This document shows, in pieces, positions 47,936 through 56,034 of a stretch of 56,034 bases of DNA (position 1 is its first letter; each line of letters begins with the position of its first letter). The DNA is taken from positions 1-56,034 of IMG/VR virus record IMGVR_UViG_3300038379_000522. One strand, written 5' to 3'. Source of the stretch: a virus. Its lineage: Duplodnaviria > Caudoviricetes. Position numbers and translations under genes: made by a program. Under the pieces are notes generated by a model, which searched no databases, was not told the DNA's origin, and was given only the letters and a program-made list of their open reading frames with translations.

Positions 47936-48477
47936 GGTTTATTGCCATTGCTACTATGGTCACCATTATTACCATGGATGTCAAATGGAATCTCCATAGG
48001 ATCTGATTTTTGGAACTGATCTTGCCATTCATCAGACTTAAGTTTCTGGCCCGGCACAACGAGAACTCCACCTGACACATTCATATCAATGGCCATCTTA
48101 TCATTATAAGCTGCCGGCATTCGTCTTTTGGCTTCTATTTCTAGAAGTCTATCGCTATACTCCTTGACAACACCAACAAGCACACCACCCTGGAATACTG
48201 GCCTTTCTACTCCAATGACAGCACGACGGTAAATCTCCTGCTCAATCTTGGTATTAAACTCTTCCAACGCATCACGACACAAAGCGTCGAACTCAGGGAA
48301 ATTTTTTCTATGATAATCTACTGTTTGAGTAGAAACGCCCGAAACATGCGCCGAATGTCCAATACGGCCAGTCTCGATAAGTTCTTTTAAAAATACATCA
48401 CGCGCAGCCTTAGTAAACTTACCAGCCGCATACTTATAGAGTGGATGCAAAACTACAGGTTTCTTCTTTGCCATCAA
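47932..48477 (-). CDS. terS: Terminase small subunit
   Basis: FLKELIETG..HTH, RRAVIG, EYSDRLL; upstream of terL. Confidence 0.85.
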   Translation of the reverse strand: MMAKKKPVVLHPLYKYAAGKFTKAARDVFLKELIETGRIGHSAHVSGVSTQTVDYHRKNFPEFDALCRDALEEFNTKIEQEIYRRAVIGVERPVFQGGVLVGVVKEYSDRLLEIEAKRRMPAAYNDKMAIDMNVSGGVLVVPGQKLKSDEWQDQFQKSDPMEIPFDIHGNNGDHSSNGNKP

Positions 48478-48650
48478 TTAAAATCCTTCAACCTTAGTCT
48501 AAAGACGTAGGGTAACATCTTTACACCCGCGCGCACAAATCTAAAACCAAAAATGAACAAAGAATTAGGGCCCAAAACACGCATCGGTACTAATACTCAG
48601 GAGTGCAAATGTTACCGACAAGCAACACCACTTATAAGCCCCTTGTTAAC

Positions 48651-48990
48651 GTCTATATTTAATTTTACTTAATATAGACGTATATAGACAATATAGGCAG
48701 ACACAAAGTCAACTTAGCCCTTTGTTGTCTGTATTTTCCTAAATGTAATTAAAATAATATAGACGGAGCTAGAGTCAGCCACCGACGCGGACTCTGACTA
48801 CCTTATACCTATATTGTCTATATTCTTAAAAAAAACCAGAAAAAAATAAAAAAGAAACCCGTACCGGTGGCACGTTTCTTGGGTATGCCGTGGCTTACGG
48901 AGTATCGTAGACGAATATAGACATACAGACAGGAAAGGCTTTACGAAGTCACACGCCAATATAAATACAGACAATACAAACAATACAGAC
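48651..48990. repeat. AT-rich array of AATAYAGAC 9-mers (candidate origin or packaging region)
   Basis: About 12 direct and inverted copies in the largest non-coding gap. Confidence 0.75.
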
Positions 48991-49013
48991 GGCTTCCTGC
49001 TCTTTTGGGCATT

Positions 49014-49304
49014 TTATACCCGCGTAGTCTTAGGCATTCTTACCTTGAAGATCCTAGCCTCTAGTGATGGCTTCTTACCCTGCATAAGCTGTGCCTGAGT
49101 GGGTTCTGACCAGTGACATGGGCACCATTCACCGTCCATAAGTATTGCCCAAGCCCAATTACACCCTGGCCTCATGCCCTGTTCTTGGCCTTTCCTAGCT
49201 TTTTTCTTGGTTGTTTTATTTCCGGTGGCCTTAAGACCTTTAGAACCCTCGATGATGTCGGGCCCTGTCTTCTCTTTGGGCTTCGTACTATATTTTTTGG
49301 CCAT
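49014..49304 (-). CDS. Hypothetical basic protein
   Basis: 96-aa ORF, Lys-rich N-terminus. Confidence 0.55.
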   Translation of the reverse strand: MAKKYSTKPKEKTGPDIIEGSKGLKATGNKTTKKKARKGQEQGMRPGCNWAWAILMDGEWCPCHWSEPTQAQLMQGKKPSLEARIFKVRMPKTTRV

Positions 49305-49432
49305 ACTCGGATCTACGAATATGATTAATAAGCCTGTTCTTTTACTCTGGCTAGTTTCTTCACCACAGGTAATGTGGCCGTCTCAATCGGGGCAGAATGC
49401 CTAGCCCTGTGTGCTGCTGCAATATCTGTTTA

Positions 49433-49941
49433 TTACCTCAAGCGCTGTAACAAATAATTTAGCAGTTTCCCTTGTTCATTTTTTACTATTCCTTGTTTGC
49501 AGGCGATGGCATCATTACCGTAAGAGTCTACGCCCATACCGCAATGGATGGAAAACTTGTTTGTAATTTCTACAGCTTGTACGGCGTCAGCACCCATAGC
49601 CATAGCTCCAAGCGCAAAATCACACCCAATACCCCAGGCCATGAATTGACAATTTATGGGGATTGATATACATTCTTGGCAGTACACGATGACGGATCCG
49701 TTTGGCTTCATAACAATAAGATTGGCCTACCTGTCCGTTTTTGGCATTCCGGCCATTTGGCTACATCAGCGCCATTATTAAGCCAATCAACTAGCACAAG
49801 GCCGCAATCATAATTACCAACAAAACTGGCACAACTACCATCCTTCATAACAAATAGCTTTGAAACTTTCTTCCTAATTCCATTAGCCTCTATCTGTCTG
49901 TCTGCAGCAATTTTGTTTCCATCCCAAGCAATGACGCTCAT
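49433..49941 (-). pseudogene. Split Ntn-hydrolase / proteasome-subunit-like phage protein
   Basis: MSVIAWDGNKIAADRQ in ORF 49708..49959 and AWGIGCDFALGAMAMGADAVQAV in 49433..49711; joining needs a frameshift near 49740 and passes a TAG. Confidence 0.6.
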
Positions 49942-50229
49942 AACATATTTCCTTTCCACATTAGTGTTCTTAGGCTGTGTATGGTGATCTCTTCACCAGT
50001 GACGGCTCTTTAATACTTTAGTACAAATAATTGTACTTTGTAATCGTGCTTATCGGTTATAATTAGGAAGTATTGTATTATGATTTTCTTAGATCATAAT
50101 ACAATATCGGCAAAAACATGTCCGGTGGGTTGTAGTAATGCTCTATGGACACTATTATATACCTAGCCGTCTCACAGGCTTAGGATTAAAAAATGTTAAA
50201 ATCGTGAGTAGACAATAACAATTCCTTCT

Positions 50230-50252
50230 GGGGCCTCTATCACAGAGGCCCC
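50230..50252 (-). terminator. GC-rich hairpin after the accessory island (no U-tract)
   Basis: ggggcctct-atcac-agaggcccc directly after the 50257 stop. Confidence 0.5.
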
Positions 50253-50256
50253 AAGG

Positions 50257-50733
50257 CTATTCTACAGAGAACAAAGTAAGTTCACCCTTACTTTTTTTAA
50301 CCACTACGATCACATACTCTTGTGGCTTCAGAGTAAAATCTATATCACGCGTAGTACCTAACCACATGAGAATTCCGGGCTCGCCGTTCTGACGCCACTT
50401 GTATAGCCTATCCTTGGCTATCTGCGCTTTTGACGCAGAGTTTTCCGTAGTTTTGAACTTATCACGAGACTCTATGGCACGAATGTATCTATTGCCGGCT
50501 TTGAACATGAAGTGATTCTTATCCGTAAGACCAACGTAGCGGTTGCCTACATAACGGATAACAATTGGTGTATAACCAGAACCGAATTCCTTATATACAA
50601 TTCTGGCAGTAAGCACAACTTCTGCTTGTACTGCAGGCACATTTACATCTTGCATAGGCACTACAGCCCAATCAGACAGAAGTGACCCTAACACCAAAGA
50701 TAAAACTAGTGGCCCCAATCGCCACCATCCCAT
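50257..50733 (-). CDS. Exported or membrane-anchored hypothetical protein
   Basis: Hydrophobic N-terminus; 158 aa. Confidence 0.7.
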   Translation of the reverse strand: MGWWRLGPLVLSLVLGSLLSDWAVVPMQDVNVPAVQAEVVLTARIVYKEFGSGYTPIVIRYVGNRYVGLTDKNHFMFKAGNRYIRAIESRDKFKTTENSASKAQIAKDRLYKWRQNGEPGILMWLGTTRDIDFTLKPQEYVIVVVKKSKGELTLFSVE

Positions 50734-50900
50734 GGATTATTCTCGTCATCCATCATGCAGCATCCCGAGCAGGTTCTACAAAACCCATTGTACATAGCAT
50801 CCCAGAACCAGATGAGCATCCAATCTGACGGCAGAGCAGAAGCCACGCTAGCACTTGCAAGGCTGAGGCCAATGATAATAGACGTAATGCGCTTTTTCAT
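50706..50900 (-). CDS. Small secreted Cys/Trp-rich peptide
   Basis: MKKRITSIIIGLSLASASVASA signal peptide; CRTCSGCC. Confidence 0.7.
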   Translation of the reverse strand: MKKRITSIIIGLSLASASVASALPSDWMLIWFWDAMYNGFCRTCSGCCMMDDENNPWDGGDWGH

Positions 50901-50983
50901 TCGTCTTTTTTCCTTTGTTTTTTAGCCGGCCGATCTTTTACGATGACCGGCTGACAAAATGAGCAGACTGTGCGCCTATTCTG

Positions 50984-52060
50984 CTAAGTCATATTTACGC
51001 CCTCCCATGTGCCCATATTAATAAGGAACGACGGGACCAAGAAGGCCAAACATCCTTTGCCGATTGGATCGTTTGAAATAAAACGAATTAAAGTCGGGTT
51101 TTCGTTTTGAATGTCAACTACCAATGTACCTGCCGAGTACTTACGAACGAAGGATGAACCTTCAGTTCTAGTTTGTTCCATTGGTGATGACAAATCCCAT
51201 AAAGGAATGGTGTCTTTAAATCCCAATAAAGGTAACTTCTCAGCAGGGTTCATAACCGTGTACCAAGTATCCCACAACGCAGCGGCAGCGTAACCTTCTA
51301 CAAGTGGTGTAGTGGTATTTTGCTTTACAACCGTGTACAAGCCACCATCCTTTGCGTACCTATGAGAATCTAGGATGGATCTTTTGTTAATACCAACGGC
51401 ATCATTTACCCAACTACCACGTAGCCCAAAATCTTCTACTAACCGCCCATTGCTAGGATCGCAGTCTCCAACCAGACCATCGGAGCCCACAATAATTATA
51501 GGCTCAGGCAGCAAGGCTCGTAATCTAGGTAGAAAATCACTGCATGCAGAAGTCCAAGCTGCAGAGAACTCATCCCAAGGCTTTGCTAATTGTACTCCCT
51601 CAGGGAAGAAACCGGGCCAAGGCTTAATAAAGGAGCCTAATTCAATGGTAAACCCATCACAGTCTTCTAGCTGCAAATACCAAGAGTCTTTCATCCTATT
51701 TAATAGCCAGCCAACATTAGCTTGACTAGAACAGTCTATCCAGCCATGGCCATAAGACCTTTGTTCATCAAATACAACAGAGCCTTTTTTATCACGAAGG
51801 ATCTGTGGAATACCCCACCCCTTTTCGTGACGCATGGGGTTCCAATCGCTGTACTCCGTTCCTTTGGGTACAAGCTGAGGCATCCAAGGAAAAAAGATTT
51901 TGAGGTCGGGATTAAAACTCTTCATCTGCTTACGAATGGATGGAGTCTCAATACAAACGAAACCATCATAGGACGTTGCTAGAATTTCTTTTTCTTGTTC
52001 TGTGTATTCCCACCATCTTTTAGGCAGGAGCTTCGTATACAATAACAATTTAGGTTTCAT
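50984..52060 (-). CDS. Putative glycoside hydrolase-like protein (GHL15-like TIM barrel)
   Basis: DGF, NGRLVEDF, C-terminal DLSSP...FVRKYSAGTLVVD pattern; recognised by eye only. Confidence 0.5.
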   Translation of the reverse strand: MKPKLLLYTKLLPKRWWEYTEQEKEILATSYDGFVCIETPSIRKQMKSFNPDLKIFFPWMPQLVPKGTEYSDWNPMRHEKGWGIPQILRDKKGSVVFDEQRSYGHGWIDCSSQANVGWLLNRMKDSWYLQLEDCDGFTIELGSFIKPWPGFFPEGVQLAKPWDEFSAAWTSACSDFLPRLRALLPEPIIIVGSDGLVGDCDPSNGRLVEDFGLRGSWVNDAVGINKRSILDSHRYAKDGGLYTVVKQNTTTPLVEGYAAAALWDTWYTVMNPAEKLPLLGFKDTIPLWDLSSPMEQTRTEGSSFVRKYSAGTLVVDIQNENPTLIRFISNDPIGKGCLAFLVPSFLINMGTWEGVNMT

Positions 52061-52195
52061 TCATCCTCTCCCATGATATACCAAGGTTTTATTTCGGGTC
52101 AGGCTCTTTCACAATAATGTTATTATATAATAAACACTCATGCTCTGTCTGATGACAGTCGGCCGGTTCATGATGACGCAACCTCTTACAATGAA

Positions 52196-54814
52196 TCACT
52201 CATGGGGCGGCCCGGCATTTTTATCTTCCTCATATTTGTACACAGAATCTGGACCAGCCTGTGTGGCTGGCCATGTCACGATCACATACTTCCAATCATC
52301 CCCCACATTAGGACAAAATATTGAGTCTCCTTTTGCTGCATATCCATTGTAAAAACCAGGAGAATCCGGGCCATGGTACCAGGCACCTTGTACAGATGGG
52401 CCGCCATCACGCACAATGCGCCATTGATAAGCCGTTGTATCATAAGTAGCTACAGTTAAAAAACGGTCAATACGGGGTGGCGGCGGGGGCGGTGTAACTG
52501 CACCTTGTGCCAATCTTACTATACCTCCGTTTTCAACGGTGAAATAACCAACCCCATTTTCATTTACATCAAACACACCTTCTTCAGTCTCAGTTTCCCA
52601 CACATAAGAACCAGGTTCTAGATCCGCAACAAAATTGCTGGATTCTGACATAATGCCTAAATCATAAATGACTTCAACATCTAGCTCTTCATCCTCAGAG
52701 AACACAAGAACCCTGGTAGCCCTTTCTTCATAAATCGTAATACCAATTCTGCCATCATTCACATGTGGTAACAATTCGACAATTACAGGATCTCGGCTCT
52801 TGTCAGTAAGCTCATAGACGTGCGGGATTGTATATTCAGTTTCACCAGTCACCCTGATCTCCGACCGCCAGAACCCAGCCCAACCACTATCAATAACCTT
52901 TCTCTCCTCCGCACCACTCACGTACTGCGTATCATATGGAATGTTTTCACCAGTATCCGGGTGAATAAATTCATAAGAATCTCGTTTGTTCCACTCACCA
53001 CTTGCGGATTTCCCACCAAGACGCCAAATCTCCAAATAGCCATCATATAAAACGCTTGCATGAACTCTCGAGTTATCACGACTCCACGTGTAGGATTTGT
53101 CTAGTGTATATTGGCCAGGAGTGCCGCCATGTGCGTTAGGCGGTGTGCCACCATCCCACTTTCCACCCTCATAAAGACTGAAGCCATCCGATGATGGACA
53201 ATGCATGACAATGGCAACCTTAGCCGTTGGTCTCAGGGTACTAATCCTGTCTATGTTCACCACAAAGCGGCCGGCAACAAGACAGATTGAACGTGTTACA
53301 TTTTTCACTATAGCGCCATTTGGCCATTGAGAAGGTTTAACTGTGTTTGGGTAAAGAAGCGTACAATTCATATGTGCATACTGTACACCACCGCCTATAA
53401 CAAATTTATCAATAAAACCTACCTCATAATCTGATTGAAAAGGCCCAGTCGGCGTATCAAGATCAGGTGCCGACGGGGGCACTTGACCACGAGACTGTTG
53501 ACCACCTGGCTTGTATGGCGTACTGGGATCTGAAATCAGAATAGTATTTTCTGATATGGGGCTAGAATGGTACTTAAAATGAGGTTTTGCAGTTCCATCA
53601 TACACACCTGTGGATGCACTCAAGATCGTTTTGCCACGAAAAAAAGCATGGTGGGAAGAAGCGTATACATGACCAGGGAAAATAGGGCCTCCAGGAAGTA
53701 GCGTTACAACTACGGTAGAATCATTATCATAGTTGAAAGATGACCTCATATAAGCATAACGGCTATTGCCGCCATCTCTACGCGTTAAATCACCAAAGTA
53801 TTTGCCTAAAGGCAAATTGGTAGGTGCTTTTCGTGGTAATGACCTATCTTCTACTAGAATCCGCCAATAATGAGCAGATGAATTGCCAGCAGCTGTGGCC
53901 TTATCAATCCACCATAAAGCCTCTGGGTTTTTGGTCGGGAGTGCGAAATCCACGAAAGTAGTATGTAGTTCCGCTAAATCGTGATTGTCTCCTACCTCAT
54001 CGCTTTCAAACCATCCGGGTCTAGTCGCGTACATACCCCATATACCAATCATTTCTAGATGGTTGGCATACTGTACAAAAGGCTCATCATTCGTTGCATT
54101 ATCCCATGCAACAGCTGTGACCATATCCTCCCAAGGTCTTTCCCATCTGTAGCCGGAATATGTACCGCAATAATTTAATGCTCGAGCCTTAAAGTCGTTT
54201 TGCACATGCCTATAAGCAACGTTCAAACGGCGATCGAAATCAGGATCCGATATTTCGCCATGAATAGCAAGTAAAGTGCAGAATGCACTGCCGGCTATCC
54301 AGGGGTATTTGTAATAGTTTTTATACTCAAGATCCTGTAAAACGCCAAAACTGCCAGTTGTGATGTCGTAGAGCCATTGTTCTACTTCATCCTTTATAGG
54401 CAAAAAAGCTGGATCATTATATAAAACATCATAAGCGTGTACGAACCCTGACCACGTAGCATCCTCCCCATAGTGGCTGTATTGGATAATGGCATGGTCC
54501 TTGCATACGGTGAGCCAATCAATCAGCAAATCTCTGTACGTTGTATTGCCAGTGATGAAATAGGCTGTAGCTAGGTTATTCAACTTTTTGGAGTAACCAC
54601 GCACCATAGACTGGTTCCAAGCACCGGTCGTCGGTCTATCACTTGATCCGTATCTTTGAACTTCGGAAGTTACCTTGGCCCATTCTGTTGCGTGTGTGCT
54701 AGTGACTCGGGCACGGATGGATGGTGTAGTTTCTTGTGTGGCAAAGATACGAGGATGCTCTGACAAAATGGCTAATGACATGAGTAGTGCTTTTATCATT
54801 TCATGAGTCTCCAT
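52196..54814 (-). CDS. Putative polysaccharide lyase (DUF4962 / heparinase II-III-like), probably exported
   Basis: Signal-like MIKALLMSLAIL, HPRIF, helical N-half, YMRSS, TGVYD, ENTILISD, poly-Pro linker. Confidence 0.6.
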   Translation of the reverse strand: METHEMIKALLMSLAILSEHPRIFATQETTPSIRARVTSTHATEWAKVTSEVQRYGSSDRPTTGAWNQSMVRGYSKKLNNLATAYFITGNTTYRDLLIDWLTVCKDHAIIQYSHYGEDATWSGFVHAYDVLYNDPAFLPIKDEVEQWLYDITTGSFGVLQDLEYKNYYKYPWIAGSAFCTLLAIHGEISDPDFDRRLNVAYRHVQNDFKARALNYCGTYSGYRWERPWEDMVTAVAWDNATNDEPFVQYANHLEMIGIWGMYATRPGWFESDEVGDNHDLAELHTTFVDFALPTKNPEALWWIDKATAAGNSSAHYWRILVEDRSLPRKAPTNLPLGKYFGDLTRRDGGNSRYAYMRSSFNYDNDSTVVVTLLPGGPIFPGHVYASSHHAFFRGKTILSASTGVYDGTAKPHFKYHSSPISENTILISDPSTPYKPGGQQSRGQVPPSAPDLDTPTGPFQSDYEVGFIDKFVIGGGVQYAHMNCTLLYPNTVKPSQWPNGAIVKNVTRSICLVAGRFVVNIDRISTLRPTAKVAIVMHCPSSDGFSLYEGGKWDGGTPPNAHGGTPGQYTLDKSYTWSRDNSRVHASVLYDGYLEIWRLGGKSASGEWNKRDSYEFIHPDTGENIPYDTQYVSGAEERKVIDSGWAGFWRSEIRVTGETEYTIPHVYELTDKSRDPVIVELLPHVNDGRIGITIYEERATRVLVFSEDEELDVEVIYDLGIMSESSNFVADLEPGSYVWETETEEGVFDVNENGVGYFTVENGGIVRLAQGAVTPPPPPPRIDRFLTVATYDTTAYQWRIVRDGGPSVQGAWYHGPDSPGFYNGYAAKGDSIFCPNVGDDWKYVIVTWPATQAGPDSVYKYEEDKNAGPPHE

Positions 54815-55004
54815 TTCTCAAGACAGCCGGAGTGGTGTCTAATCACTCCGGCTTAGACATTGACTCTAAATCTGCTGATTTAATGGCCCTCTTCTCTAGA
54901 ATCTAAAGAAAAGTTGAAGTACGAAGCTCATATAGTTTGCTTCGTGATAGAGGCCTTTGGCACCCTCTATGCTACCCTTTTATAAAGGACATCAGCAGTA
55001 GCCC

Positions 55005-56034
55005 TTACCATTTCCTAAGATCAATCACTCCTTCCCTATGGAACATTGTTGAAATGAGACTGACAGGAACACCTGTAGCTATCTCTATTGTTTCAATGAA
55101 ACGAATCGTATCCATAGACAGATCTGATAACCGGCGTGCACCGGCATTATTCTTGTCAATATAATCTACAAAGGTAAGTGCGATGTCTGTTGGCCCGTTT
55201 AATTGGCAAGACTTATGAAGTTGCACCCAATCAAACTCTGCAATACGACGGCGAAGCTTGGTAGTGGATGTCGTCTCCGTTTTCTCGAGTACGGCGACAT
55301 CTATACCTGTGTTTCTAGCAACGTGCTGCAAATCGATTTCTTGTTCCATTGGGCCAGATGTACTGCCTTCGGGAGACTTTACGCGGATAGGATGTGTACG
55401 ACATACCATAATTACTTTATTTACCCTATGTGGCGGAATACCGGCATCTGATAACGTTCCAGATGCTGTTGTATCACGGCTAGTAACGTAAGGGTAATGG
55501 CCATGATGAATACTGAGGGACGTCCCTTGTGTACCTTCCAAAAGTACCTTATGGCCATGGTAATATGCGCTGCCCAAAAGCACTTGGATAGGAGTTATGA
55601 ATGGTTTTAATTTCGGGTGATCTTTAGCTAATACGACATCTGGGGATGCTGCTGTACGTAAGATCTTCCTGGATGTAGCTCTACCAACACCTTGCCCCGT
55701 AGAACCTATGGATGACACAAGGGCCTTTTCGTATTTTATATCATCATTATCAATGATGATGGCGTTAGGATCTATACTAAGACGATGCTCAACATTAAAT
55801 TCTGCTACTTCTTCCAAGAATGAGTTAACATTGATCACAGCACCCGCGCCAATTAAAATATTAGCACCAGGATTAGCTAAAGTACCGGATGGCAAGTGAT
55901 GAAAACAGACGTTACCTTTAGGTGTCCACACTTTGTGGCCAGCATTGGGGCCTCCAACACGAACTAAATAACGATATCTAGGAGCTATAAACGCAGAGAT
56001 CTGACCCTTACCCTCAGAGCCGTACTGCCCACCC
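55005..56034 (-). CDS. purZ: 3' part (PurZ/PurZ0 catalytic domain) of the kinase-PurZ fusion
   Basis: GGQYGSEGKG, NAGH, HHLPSG, IGSTGQGVG, LLEGTQG, YPYVTSRD, RTHPIRV, ETTSTTKLRRR, LTFVDY. Confidence 0.92.
   Translation of the reverse strand, partial: GGQYGSEGKGQISAFIAPRYRYLVRVGGPNAGHKVWTPKGNVCFHHLPSGTLANPGANILIGAGAVINVNSFLEEVAEFNVEHRLSIDPNAIIIDNDDIKYEKALVSSIGSTGQGVGRATSRKILRTAASPDVVLAKDHPKLKPFITPIQVLLGSAYYHGHKVLLEGTQGTSLSIHHGHYPYVTSRDTTASGTLSDAGIPPHRVNKVIMVCRTHPIRVKSPEGSTSGPMEQEIDLQHVARNTGIDVAVLEKTETTSTTKLRRRIAEFDWVQLHKSCQLNGPTDIALTFVDYIDKNNAGARRLSDLSMDTIRFIETIEIATGVPVSLISTMFHREGVIDLRKW
55835..56034. repeat. Terminal direct repeat copy 2
   Basis: Matches 1-200. Confidence 0.97.

Noticed and set aside
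55005-55931. Ordinary purA auxiliary metabolic gene of 308 aa
   Set aside because: The ORF is truncated by the window end. The full protein has Ser for Asp13, Leu for Arg303 and an N-terminal kinase, which fits PurZ rather than PurA.
55835-56034. Physical direct terminal repeat of the virion DNA
   Set aside because: Exactly 200 bp and in the middle of a gene, which is typical of an assembly overlap.

Overview
This window is an apparently complete, circularly permuted tailed-phage genome of about 55.8 kb. Bases 1-200 repeat at 55835-56034 with one mismatch. The gene set is siphovirus-like. On the + strand lie a replication module (XRE HTH, SNF2 helicase, SSB-like protein, RecD/Dda helicase, family A polymerase, PD-(D/E)XK nuclease, primase-helicase, stand-alone 3'-5' exonuclease) and a cluster of small early genes. 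On the - strand lie packaging, head, tail and lysis genes and an accessory island of carbohydrate-active and secreted proteins. No integrase, tRNA or CRISPR array was recognised. The key feature is broken by the circular junction and only half shown in the ORF track: a 526-aa fusion of a P-loop nucleotide kinase and a PurZ/PurZ0-type enzyme (GSEGKG, R303L, TFVD). This implies 2-aminoadenine (Z) DNA made by a non-canonical gene set, with no recognisable DatZ but a distant MazG-like gene and a nucleoside deoxyribosyltransferase-family gene. Other signals are exactly spaced sigma54-type promoters in a duplicated cassette, two helically phased repeat arrays, a 9-mer iteron-like region, two structured RNA candidates, a MuF-ADP-ribosyltransferase fusion and several decaying genes. 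All functional calls come from motif recognition by eye, not database searches.
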